Positions 9,036 through 17,524 of a DNA stretch of 30,537 nucleotides are shown here, one piece after another. Position numbers and translations under genes: made by a program. Below the pieces are notes generated by a model that did no database searches, was not told the origin of the DNA, and was given only the letters and a program-made list of their open reading frames with translations. Origin of the DNA: Ignavibacteria bacterium (GTDB taxonomy: Bacteria > Bacteroidota > Ignavibacteria > Tepidaquicellales > OLB5). The stretch's first letter is position 1; each line of letters begins with the position of its first letter. The stretch lies in assembly GCA_027492415.1 (NCBI GenBank), contig JAPUEV010000027.1, positions 1 through 30,537 on the forward strand. The letters are read 5' to 3'.

Positions 9036-10807
9036 TAATATTAAAAGACGCATACGTACTGACATTCAATAAGAATAATGACTTCGGAAGGTATTCTATT
9101 CTTATAAATGAGAACAGGATCACTGATATGGCAGACTCTACTGCCAAAGGTACCGGTAAAGTTGAAAAGTGGATAGAGCAATACAGCGGCACCGCCGAAA
9201 TTATTGACTGCTCAAAGAAAATTTTACTGCCTCCGCTGGTAAATGCATGTTTACGCTCAGAAGGCAGCCTGCTGCATTACCTGTTAAAGCGCAGACACTA
9301 CGAAAAAGCAGAAGAGGACCTTTGCACCGATCTGATTTTTAATTACCTCTACCAGGAGCTTCCCGGGGAAGCGATACAGAATGACCTGCAGAATATTTAC
9401 AGCTATTCATTCAACCGGTCATTGAAGTCAGGCGTGGGTTTTTTGAACGAGATCTCTCTGCGTAAAGATACCAATCACCTGTTACCAATCACAAACGCTG
9501 TTAAAAATACAGGCCAGGAAATTTCAGTTTGCTATCCTATCAAACAGGATGTAAATACAATACGTGATTACAAATATTTAAATCCTTCCTTCTATGTAAC
9601 CCAGGAAAACCAGCTTACAGTATATGATATATCAGGTATAACCGAGCTGAAAAGCCACAATGTAAGGGATCTATACCTGGAAGTAGCGGTGAATAAAGAT
9701 ATAACCGACCAGTTCAGGCAGACCTTTCATAAGTCAGTAATATCATTATTTGATGAGTATGACCTCATTGATTCACACACATCGCTAATAAATCCATTGT
9801 ACCTGGATTACAATGATATGAAGATCATCAAGGATAAAAAGGCTAATATAATAATTTGCCCCAGGGATCTAAACTACTTTACTGCACGATATTTTCCTAT
9901 TGATGATTATATCGGGCACGGGATCAAATTTTCCATAGCAACAGGATGGCTTGGCGAGGATATTCTGAAAGATATGAGGCTTTTCAGGAATAAATATAAG
10001 GAACTGAACCTTTCAAGCACAGAGCTTCTGAACTCAATTACAAGAACACCGCATTCATTATACTTTGACAGCAATTCTGACGGGGATAATAACTACCGTA
10101 TCGATATAAATAAACCGGCTACGTTCAGCTTTATAGATATATCTGATCTGAGGTTCCAGTTTTTCCCTGAGGAATATACTTATTCAGGCGTTTGTGATTT
10201 TATAGTTGATAACCTTACCTCGAATAATTTCAGTGACGTTATGATAGACGGTGTTTTTAAGGTAAAGAATAACAGATTAGTTAATGCTGATGAAGAAAGC
10301 CTTGTAGAAAAAATCAACACAACAAGAGAAGAGCTTTATAAGACCGGAAAATATGAAGAGCTGAAAAAGAAAAAACAGGCAAGGGAATCTTCAGAAAAAC
10401 TTGATATGACAGGAAGAACAGATGATGAGATAAAGCTGTTTTCAGATAAGACCGAAGATGCAGCAGTAAATACCGAGCAGCATGACGAATTCAGGATAAA
10501 AACAAAAATTCCGGCATTCAGACAGAAAAAAGTACCAGGCCAGCGAAGCCTTTTTGAAGAATTTGAACATGTTAGTATTGTCCAGTCAGAAGATTTTCAG
10601 CAGACACCAATGCTGAATCTGCTGGTAACAGACCCGGAATCCAGCAAATCAGTTGAAGATGAAATTATTCAGGCAAAAGCAGTGGATGAAACTATAATAA
10701 AACGCCTTGGCACTGAAAAGAAAGCTGAAAAATCTTCCAAGCCTGTGAATGCTGAAAGCAAGGTTGAGCTTCCCAAGAACGTTAAGTTAAAATTCGGTGA
10801 TGATTAA
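9032..10807 (+). CDS. amidohydrolase-fold protein (MtaD/SsnA-like), probably metal-free pseudoenzyme, with charged C-terminal tail
   Basis: Scaffold segments ILINENRI, EIIDCSKKILLPPLVN, LKSGV, IICP, SDVMIDG are recognisable but the metal ligands are replaced. The TTG start overlaps the upstream TGA (TTGA). Confidence 0.8.
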   Translation: MIILKDAYVLTFNKNNDFGRYSILINENRITDMADSTAKGTGKVEKWIEQYSGTAEIIDCSKKILLPPLVNACLRSEGSLLHYLLKRRHYEKAEEDLCTDLIFNYLYQELPGEAIQNDLQNIYSYSFNRSLKSGVGFLNEISLRKDTNHLLPITNAVKNTGQEISVCYPIKQDVNTIRDYKYLNPSFYVTQENQLTVYDISGITELKSHNVRDLYLEVAVNKDITDQFRQTFHKSVISLFDEYDLIDSHTSLINPLYLDYNDMKIIKDKKANIIICPRDLNYFTARYFPIDDYIGHGIKFSIATGWLGEDILKDMRLFRNKYKELNLSSTELLNSITRTPHSLYFDSNSDGDNNYRIDINKPATFSFIDISDLRFQFFPEEYTYSGVCDFIVDNLTSNNFSDVMIDGVFKVKNNRLVNADEESLVEKINTTREELYKTGKYEELKKKKQARESSEKLDMTGRTDDEIKLFSDKTEDAAVNTEQHDEFRIKTKIPAFRQKKVPGQRSLFEEFEHVSIVQSEDFQQTPMLNLLVTDPESSKSVEDEIIQAKAVDETIIKRLGTEKKAEKSSKPVNAESKVELPKNVKLKFGDD

Positions 10808-10838
10808 CATACTTTCCCCGGAAACCCGAATGAGCTAA

Positions 10839-11225
10839 ATGTACAAAAAATTAATATGGATACTTGCGGTAATCCTGCTTTTGCTGCTTGCAGACAGGTT
10901 TATACTTACATCAAGTGATGTGAAAATCGAGATGAAGCCTGAAATATTGAGAGCCAGCACAACATCAGAGCTTGTTATAAATGTTTACCGTGTAAACATG
11001 CTTGGCTTTAAAGTGCCATTCAGTAAGATAGAAGCACAGTTCCTTGTAGAAGAAGGAAAGAACCTGGTTGAATTAATTGATGAAGGCACCGGGAACAGTG
11101 TTAAAGTGAGAGCTAAAGGAGTGGAAGGTGAAGCTACAATTGGTATTTACTCATTAAAATCCGGAATGCAGATAAGGAAAGTAATGATAAAGATCCTGCC
11201 GCGTGATGTTGCATTAAATTATTAA
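10839..11225 (+). CDS. hypothetical protein with N-terminal membrane anchor and beta-rich (Ig-like) domain
   Basis: 128-aa ORF, MYKK followed by a hydrophobic run and alternating beta-strand patterns; 31 nt after the previous stop. Confidence 0.7.
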   Translation: MYKKLIWILAVILLLLLADRFILTSSDVKIEMKPEILRASTTSELVINVYRVNMLGFKVPFSKIEAQFLVEEGKNLVELIDEGTGNSVKVRAKGVEGEATIGIYSLKSGMQIRKVMIKILPRDVALNY

Positions 11226-11231
11226 AGTCTG

Positions 11232-11525
11232 TTAATAAACCGGTTCAGCAGGTTTACCCTTTGCAAAATAAAATTTATAAAAGATCAGCTCGAGTATAGT
11301 TAATAAGCCCAGCGAAAAAGCTGCTTTAGTCAATACGCGCGTTACTCCTTCTTCAGGAATAAATAAGCCTATTACAAATGCAGAAAAGGTCCACCCTACG
11401 GTAAAAATAATAATAACAAATATTGTGCTTAAGTAAGCGCTTACAGTGCTTACTTCAACATAATTTTTTGCAAATATGTAAACAAAGAATACCGCGTGTG
11501 CATAAAAAAGAATTACTTCTATCAT
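11232..11525 (-). CDS. small hypothetical membrane protein (about 3 TM helices)
   Basis: 97-aa hydrophobic ORF starting 2 nt after the wcaJ stop, so probably co-transcribed. Confidence 0.75.
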   Translation of the reverse strand: MIEVILFYAHAVFFVYIFAKNYVEVSTVSAYLSTIFVIIIFTVGWTFSAFVIGLFIPEEGVTRVLTKAAFSLGLLTILELIFYKFYFAKGKPAEPVY

Positions 11526-11527
11526 AA

Positions 11528-12976
11528 TTAAAATGCCGCCTTCGAAAAGAACATTTCTTTAATTGTTTTTATGATGATCTTCAGGTCAAATATAATAGAC
11601 CAGTGTTCAATATAATATATATCATATTCTATCCTTTTTTCCAGTGATGAATCACTGCCCCTGAACCCGTTCACCTGTGCCCAGCCAGTTATCCCGCATT
11701 TTACCCTGTGTCTATCCAGGTATTTCGGTATCTTCCCTTTGAAAAGGTTGATGAAATATTCCCTTTCAGGTCTTGGACCAACAATACTCATATCACCTTT
11801 AAGTACATTCAGGAACTGCGGAAGCTCATCGAGCGAATATTTCCTGAGGAACTCCCCGATAGGTGTATACCTGGAATCACCTTTTTTAACATAAACTGCG
11901 CCTGTACTTTTTTCTGCATCAACAACCATTGAGCGGAATTTGATCATTTCAAATTTCTTGCCGGTCATGCTTAAACGCTCCTGTTTATAAAATACAGGAC
12001 CTTTTGAAGAAAATTTGACTATTAGAGAAAGTAATATAAATAATGGTGATGTTAATATCATTATCATTAATGCAAAGGCAAAATCAAAGCCGCGCTTTAA
12101 TATGCGGTTAAAAATATTCATCGGTATGCTTTTTATCTTAAGGAACGGCACGCCGTCTATTTCCTGAACCCTTACCGAGGAAGTAATTACTTCAAGGAAA
12201 TCAGGCACCATTAAAAATTCCACATTCTCGCCTTCACAGGCTTTCATCAGCTCGTATAATTTATCATGCTGTGATGATGGTATCGTTACAAGCACAGTTT
12301 CTATGTTCTGCTTCTGCACAAGCTGCACAATATCATTATATGAGCCAAGCTTGAGGCTATCGGGCAAAGACCCTTTTGTAGTTCCGGCTTCTTCTTCTAT
12401 AAATCCTATGATATTAAACCCGGCATACTTATGATTTGAAAACTTTTCATATATATCATATGAGGTTTGGGTGTTCCCTACGATGAGGGTATCTTTTAAA
12501 CCTCTGCCTTTGTTATATAAAGTCTTTTCATATTTTAAAACAATGTACCTGCCAAGAGTTATAAATAATATAGATAAGAACCATGCTAAAACAAAAACTA
12601 CCCTGGAATACGGGAAAGACCTGTAAAAGAACACCAGCCCGAATGAAAACACAATTCCGAATGTAACCAATCTTCCGATCAGGAAAAATTCATCAAATAT
12701 GAAAACAATACGTTTTGGGCTGAACATTTTTCTGGATTGAAAGATAAGAATCCAGATAGGGAGAGCGATCAAAACAAGTATTAAATATCCTTTTAAAGGA
12801 GGGATTTCACCGTTAAACGGAACAATTTTTACAAAAGGTCCAAGATAAAACCTGATCAGATATGCGAGAATAAAAGCGCTGAATACCGAAATTGAATCAG
12901 AAATAATATTAAGTAAAGGGATCAGGAACTCAGTTCTCTGTGATTTCTTATTAAATTTTTGTTCTATATAGTTCAT
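11528..12976 (-). CDS. wcaJ: undecaprenyl-phosphate glucose phosphotransferase (priming glycosyltransferase)
   Basis: N-terminal TM bundle, LIVG...IIGFIEE CoA-binding-like domain, KRGFDF, GPVFYKQER, KFRSM, SLDELPQFLNVLKGDMSIVGPRPER, GITGWAQVNG, YDIYYIEHWS. ATG 12976 is preferred over TTG 12997. Confidence 0.92.
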   Translation of the reverse strand: MNYIEQKFNKKSQRTEFLIPLLNIISDSISVFSAFILAYLIRFYLGPFVKIVPFNGEIPPLKGYLILVLIALPIWILIFQSRKMFSPKRIVFIFDEFFLIGRLVTFGIVFSFGLVFFYRSFPYSRVVFVLAWFLSILFITLGRYIVLKYEKTLYNKGRGLKDTLIVGNTQTSYDIYEKFSNHKYAGFNIIGFIEEEAGTTKGSLPDSLKLGSYNDIVQLVQKQNIETVLVTIPSSQHDKLYELMKACEGENVEFLMVPDFLEVITSSVRVQEIDGVPFLKIKSIPMNIFNRILKRGFDFAFALMIMILTSPLFILLSLIVKFSSKGPVFYKQERLSMTGKKFEMIKFRSMVVDAEKSTGAVYVKKGDSRYTPIGEFLRKYSLDELPQFLNVLKGDMSIVGPRPEREYFINLFKGKIPKYLDRHRVKCGITGWAQVNGFRGSDSSLEKRIEYDIYYIEHWSIIFDLKIIIKTIKEMFFSKAAF

Positions 12977-12984
12977 TAGAGACT

Positions 12985-12992
12985 CAAATATA
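12985..12992 (-). promoter_or_regulatory. TATATTTG element 8 nt before wcaJ ATG
   Basis: The plus strand reads CAAATATA at 12985-12992. Confidence 0.5.
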
Positions 12993-13151
12993 TACAATTG
13001 TAACTAAAATTTATATGGTCGAAATTTTCAAGGACTGAAAATTAGTTATTTTATTTAAACGTATAAAATTATAGTAGTTTAGTGCTAAATGCGTTTTTTA
13101 TAATTTTATTGCTAAAAAATAATAATATTTATCTGAAAAATGCATATTTCA

Positions 13152-13182
13152 TTGAAACTTTTTTTTTGTTAAATTGTATAAT
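13152..13182 (+). promoter_or_regulatory. candidate promoter for the 13223 gene (TTGAAA-N19-TATAAT, or ECF-like TGAAAC-N16-TGTA)
   Basis: Both readings overlap in the same 31 nt, 40 nt upstream of the ATG. Neither is a perfect fit. Confidence 0.35.
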
Positions 13183-13222
13183 TATTATTAAGTTTTCAAA
13201 CAACTAACTAGAAAGGGTCAAA

Positions 13223-13627
13223 ATGACTAGATTTAAATTGTTTTTGGGGTTTTTTGCTTTAGTTTTTGTACTTGGTTTAACAACTAATATTAAAGCTCAG
13301 AATGGTCCGGTTCTTTACTTCTGTGAAAAATACGGTTCTTCAGGAGAGCAGTCAATCACTGACAGGTTCTATACCGGTCCTGTTACTGTAATGGTAAAAT
13401 GTGATTATGCATTAGGCTTAAAAGATTGTGCTATCCAGCTGGATAAATACAATGGCTATAGCTTTGATTATTACAAAAAAGTAGATTTCGATGTATCAGC
13501 AGATATGAAATACATCTATTTTGAATCAAGTGATCTAAGAGTTGATTCACCGGGTATTTACAGATGTTTCCTTCTTGACAGCAAGAAAAACACTGTAGCA
13601 AGCGCTTTGGTTGAATTCATCAGGTAA
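13223..13627 (+). CDS. small secreted hypothetical protein (beta-rich, 4 Cys)
   Basis: Signal peptide ending IKA-Q; 134 aa; followed by a strong terminator. Confidence 0.8.
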   Translation: MTRFKLFLGFFALVFVLGLTTNIKAQNGPVLYFCEKYGSSGEQSITDRFYTGPVTVMVKCDYALGLKDCAIQLDKYNGYSFDYYKKVDFDVSADMKYIYFESSDLRVDSPGIYRCFLLDSKKNTVASALVEFIR

Positions 13628-13647
13628 GCACACTGCACTAAGAAATT

Positions 13648-13675
13648 AAAAGGGAGGCTTTAAAGCCTCCCTTTT
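13648..13675. terminator. bidirectional intrinsic terminator
   Basis: Perfect 28-bp palindrome AAAAGGGAGGCTTT/AAAGCCTCCCTTTT between convergent genes. Confidence 0.9.
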
Positions 13676-13689
13676 TTATTTATACTTCC

Positions 13690-14322
13690 TCACCGTACCG
13701 GAAGCAAAACAAAAATTGTAAGATCCCACAGTGCATGAGAGATCAATCCCGGCCACACTGACCTGTATCTTTTAAATACCCATCCCCAGAACAATCCGCA
13801 GATCAATGCAGCCATGAACAGCATAAAGTTCATTGCTACAATATGTACAGCGCCGTATATCAATGAGGCTATTATCCATCCTTTATTATCACCGAATTTT
13901 TCAGCAAGAGTATCCTGTACATAACCGCGCCAGAATATCTCTTCGGATGGCCCGATAACAAAAAGCAGCAGCAAGCCTATTATTTTAGGGTCAAGCAGTG
14001 ATTTATTATTGTAAACGCCAACAACCTGCCTATCGGCAAAGGGCAATATCAGCTTTGATACTATATCACCGGTATAAAATACCATGTACAGCAGTGCTGC
14101 TGATATAACTCCTATCAGAATGTATTTTGGCTCAAAAAAGTAAAGCCTGTAGTTTATCGCTTCACCGTTCTTATGATTAAAGTATAATCCAAGCCCTGCA
14201 AGCAGCGATGCCGCAATTGTCATTTCCAGCCAGAAGTTGAATGTTTTCAGAACGAACATTTCCAGCCAGAATATACAGGCAAGTATAATAAGAAAGACGA
14301 GCGGTTTTATCCTGTCAGACAT
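13690..14322 (-). CDS. CPBP family intramembrane glutamic endopeptidase (Abi / type II CAAX)
   Basis: EEIFWRG, YGAVH, HALWD motifs; multiple TM segments. Confidence 0.9.
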   Translation of the reverse strand: MSDRIKPLVFLIILACIFWLEMFVLKTFNFWLEMTIAASLLAGLGLYFNHKNGEAINYRLYFFEPKYILIGVISAALLYMVFYTGDIVSKLILPFADRQVVGVYNNKSLLDPKIIGLLLLFVIGPSEEIFWRGYVQDTLAEKFGDNKGWIIASLIYGAVHIVAMNFMLFMAALICGLFWGWVFKRYRSVWPGLISHALWDLTIFVLLPVR

Positions 14323-14349
14323 ATATTTTATATTTTAAAATTTTTTATA

Positions 14350-16440
14350 TTAAGCTGTTCCTGTTAATTCCATTGATTCCCTGTAATTGATAAGGAAGTG
14401 TTCACGGATAACTGCATTTTCCGTTCTTCTCATCTCTGGGTCCTCTTCCATTAGCCTGAATGCCGAGCTTCTTGCTTTTTCAATCAGCGCAGTATCTTTG
14501 GCAAGATCCGCTGCTGAAAACCTTAATTCACCTGACTGGCGGGTTCCGAAAAATTCACCGGGTCCGCGGAGCCTCATATCTGTCTCAGAGATCTGAAAGC
14601 CGTCATTGGTTTCAGTCATAACTTTTAAGCGTTCAGTAGAAATTTCTCCAAGCTTCTCAGCCATCAGTATGCAATATGACTGGTCAGCGCCCCTGCCAAC
14701 TCTTCCCCTTAACTGGTGAAGCTGTGATAGACCGAACCTCTGTGCCTCTTCAATCAGCATTATCGTGGCGTTTGGAATATCAATTCCTACTTCAATTACC
14801 GTTGTTGATACAAGTATATCTACCTGTTTATTTTTAAATGCTTCAATGGTTTCATCAATTTCATTCCATGGCAGTTTACCGTGAACCAGCCCAAGCTTAA
14901 GATCAGGGAAAATATTTTTCCTTAACAGCTCATAATGCTGAACCGCTGATTTTAGGTCAAGCTTTTCAGATTCCTGTATAATAGGATATACAATGTAAAC
15001 CTGCCTGCCTTTTGATACTTCATCTTTTATGAAGCTGTATACTTTTATCCTGTCCGCCTCAAACCTTAACGCGGTTTTAACCGGTTTCCTGTTCTTCGGC
15101 AGCTCATCAATTACCGAAACATCAAGATCACCGTAAACAGTCAGAGAAAGTGTCCTTGGTATCGGTGTTGCTGTCATTACAAGCACATCCGGGTTATTTC
15201 CTTTGGCTTTCAGCTTGGCACGCTGCATCACACCGAACTTATGCTGTTCATCAATTACTGTAAAGCCAAGATTCTTAAATTCCACCGTACTCTGTATCAG
15301 TGCATGCGTACCCACAACAACCTGCGCTTTACCTGAACGGATTTCTTCCAGTATTGAGTCACGCAGCTTTTTCTTTTGCCCGCCTACAAGTATTACGGCT
15401 TTTATCCTAAGCTTATCAAAATAATATTGCAGTGTTTTGTAGTGCTGCTCGGCAAGTATTTCTGTAGGGCACATAAAAGCAGCCTGGTATGAATTTTCTA
15501 TGGCTACAAGTATGCAAAATACTGCAACAATGGTTTTACCGCTGCCAACATCACCCTGCAAAAGCCTGTTCATAGGCTTGCCTGAGCGCATATCAGCAAG
15601 AATTTCTTTTATTACTCTTTTTTGTGCATTAGTTAATTCAAAACCCAGCAGCTCTTTGAATAATGTTTCAAACCTTGTGCCTATTTTTTCAAACCTTATT
15701 CCCTTTTCAGCCTGTGCCAGGGCTCTTTTCTTTAAAGCCATAATAAGCTGAAGGAAAAAAAGCTCTTCAAATGCCAGGGTCTGACGTGCAGTTTCGATAT
15801 CTTCAGCTGAAGCAGGGTAATGAGTTCTTAATAATGCGGTCCTATGGTCAAGCAGTGAGTGCTCACTTACAATTTCACTGCTAAGTACATCGGTTATGCT
15901 GCCTGAGGAATTCTTTACAGCATTAAAAATTATTTTAGTGAAGCTTAAAGGCTTTATCCAGGTTTTTTTAAGCTCTTCAGAAAGCAGGTAAACCGGCACC
16001 AGCGGATATTTCAGCAGCTCATTATCGCTTTCCTCAAACTTTTTATGGTCCCTAATATCAAACTTAACATTCCGTTCATAAGCATTATAATTTACCTTTC
16101 CCCAGAAAATATACTCATCGCCAATTTTGAACTGTTTTTCCCGGTAAAATGTATTGCCCCACAACAGCGATTCGATACTGCCGGTACCGTCATTAATTAC
16201 AATTCTAGTAGGATGGTTGGGCTTAAAAGGCATACGTTTATCTATAACTTTACCTTTTATCAGTACGTTCTCGTCATGATATTTTGCAAGGCTGCGTATA
16301 GCTGTATTGATGAGATATATCCTAGGGTAAACGGTTAGCAGATCAGTAGAATATTTTAATCCTAGCTTTTCGAACGCTTCTGCGCGTTTTGGTCCAACGC
16401 CTTTTATGTAAGCTATTTCAGTTTTCTTAACCTGTGGCAA
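14350..16440 (-). CDS. recG: ATP-dependent DNA helicase RecG
   Basis: KGVGPKRA, wedge/OB domain, MNRLLQGDVGSGKT, PTEILAEQH, DEQHKFGV, TATPIPRTL, TTVIEVGIDIPNA, QLHQLRGRVGRG, RGPGEFFGTRQSG; TTG start. Confidence 0.97.
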   Translation of the reverse strand: MPQVKKTEIAYIKGVGPKRAEAFEKLGLKYSTDLLTVYPRIYLINTAIRSLAKYHDENVLIKGKVIDKRMPFKPNHPTRIVINDGTGSIESLLWGNTFYREKQFKIGDEYIFWGKVNYNAYERNVKFDIRDHKKFEESDNELLKYPLVPVYLLSEELKKTWIKPLSFTKIIFNAVKNSSGSITDVLSSEIVSEHSLLDHRTALLRTHYPASAEDIETARQTLAFEELFFLQLIMALKKRALAQAEKGIRFEKIGTRFETLFKELLGFELTNAQKRVIKEILADMRSGKPMNRLLQGDVGSGKTIVAVFCILVAIENSYQAAFMCPTEILAEQHYKTLQYYFDKLRIKAVILVGGQKKKLRDSILEEIRSGKAQVVVGTHALIQSTVEFKNLGFTVIDEQHKFGVMQRAKLKAKGNNPDVLVMTATPIPRTLSLTVYGDLDVSVIDELPKNRKPVKTALRFEADRIKVYSFIKDEVSKGRQVYIVYPIIQESEKLDLKSAVQHYELLRKNIFPDLKLGLVHGKLPWNEIDETIEAFKNKQVDILVSTTVIEVGIDIPNATIMLIEEAQRFGLSQLHQLRGRVGRGADQSYCILMAEKLGEISTERLKVMTETNDGFQISETDMRLRGPGEFFGTRQSGELRFSAADLAKDTALIEKARSSAFRLMEEDPEMRRTENAVIREHFLINYRESMELTGTA

Positions 16441-16457
16441 GTGTCTGATAATTTATA

Positions 16458-16465
16458 CAAATATA
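16458..16465 (-). promoter_or_regulatory. TATATTTG element 17 nt before recG start
   Basis: The plus strand reads CAAATATA at 16458-16465. Confidence 0.45.
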
Positions 16466-16555
16466 ATAATTTATGCTTTTAAATCAGAATATCAGTAAAT
16501 ACCATAAATTTATGAATGTTTTGAAATTATCATATCTCTATATCAATTATTTTGT

Positions 16556-16563
16556 TATTTTTG
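16556..16563 (+). promoter_or_regulatory. TAnnTTTG element (TATTTTTG) 19 nt before the wbpB-like ATG
   Basis: Consensus match, but the context is very T-rich so chance is plausible. Confidence 0.3.
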
Positions 16564-16582
16564 TACATATTTAATATTAATA

Positions 16583-17524
16583 ATGAAGAAAAATAACTTT
16601 GCATTAATCGGCGCAGGCGGTTTTGTTGCCCCAAGGCACTTAAGGGCTATCAGGGATAATGACCAGAACCTGCTTGCAATACTGGATCCAAATGATTCCG
16701 TTGGTATTATTGATTCGTATTTCCCCGACGCCTCGTTTTTTACGGAATATGAAAGGTTTGACCGGCACATAGAAAAGCTGCGCCGTGAAGGCGATCATAA
16801 ACAGATCGAGTATGTGAGTATTTGCTCACCCAATTACCTGCATGACGCGCATATCCGCTTTGCATTAAGAGCCGATGCGCATGCTATCTGCGAAAAACCG
16901 CTTGTTCTGAATCCGTGGAATGCAGATGCACTGATCTCGCTTGAAAAGGAAACCGGCAGGGAAGTCTACACTATATTACAGCTAAGGCTTCATCCCCAGA
17001 TAATTGAGCTGAAGAAAAAAATTGATGCTGCTAAAAGCAAAAAGAAATATGATATTGTCTTAACGTATATAACACCGCGCGGCAAGTGGTACCATTACTC
17101 ATGGAAAGGTGATATGCTGAAATCAGGCGGAATTGCAACCAATATCGGTGTTCATTTCTTTGATATGCTTTCATGGATCTTCGGCAAGCCGGTATCAAAC
17201 ATTCTGCACTATTACAAAGAAGATAAGGCAGCAGGGCTTATTGAGCTTGAAAATGCCAATGTACAGTGGTTCCTTTCAATTGATAAGAACGATCTTAAGG
17301 AAGGTGATAAAACTTTCCGCTCAATAACACTGAACGGCGAAGAAATTGAATTTTCCGAAGGCTTCACCGATCTGCATACTAAAAGCTACACTGAAATACT
17401 GAACGGAAACGGGTTCAGGATTAATGAAGCGCTCCCTTCCATTGAAGCGGTGTATGAAATACGCAGCGCTGCGCCTGTTGGGTTAACGGGAGATTATCAC
17501 CCGTTCCTTAAAAAGATAAAGTAA
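16583..17524 (+). CDS. wbpB: Gfo/Idh/MocA oxidoreductase, WbpB/WlbA-like UDP-GlcNAcA 3-dehydrogenase
   Basis: NFALIGAGGFVAPRH, DSVGIIDS, YVSICSPNYLH, ICEKPLV, LQLRLH, LTYITPRGKWY..SWKGD, ATNIGVHFFDML, EFSEGFTDLHT.SY closely follow P. aeruginosa WbpB as I recall it. Confidence 0.88.
   Translation: MKKNNFALIGAGGFVAPRHLRAIRDNDQNLLAILDPNDSVGIIDSYFPDASFFTEYERFDRHIEKLRREGDHKQIEYVSICSPNYLHDAHIRFALRADAHAICEKPLVLNPWNADALISLEKETGREVYTILQLRLHPQIIELKKKIDAAKSKKKYDIVLTYITPRGKWYHYSWKGDMLKSGGIATNIGVHFFDMLSWIFGKPVSNILHYYKEDKAAGLIELENANVQWFLSIDKNDLKEGDKTFRSITLNGEEIEFSEGFTDLHTKSYTEILNGNGFRINEALPSIEAVYEIRSAAPVGLTGDYHPFLKKIK

Noticed and set aside
12977-12997. TTG start for wcaJ at 12997
   Set aside because: The extension overlaps the TATATTTG element, and ATG 12976 is more plausible.
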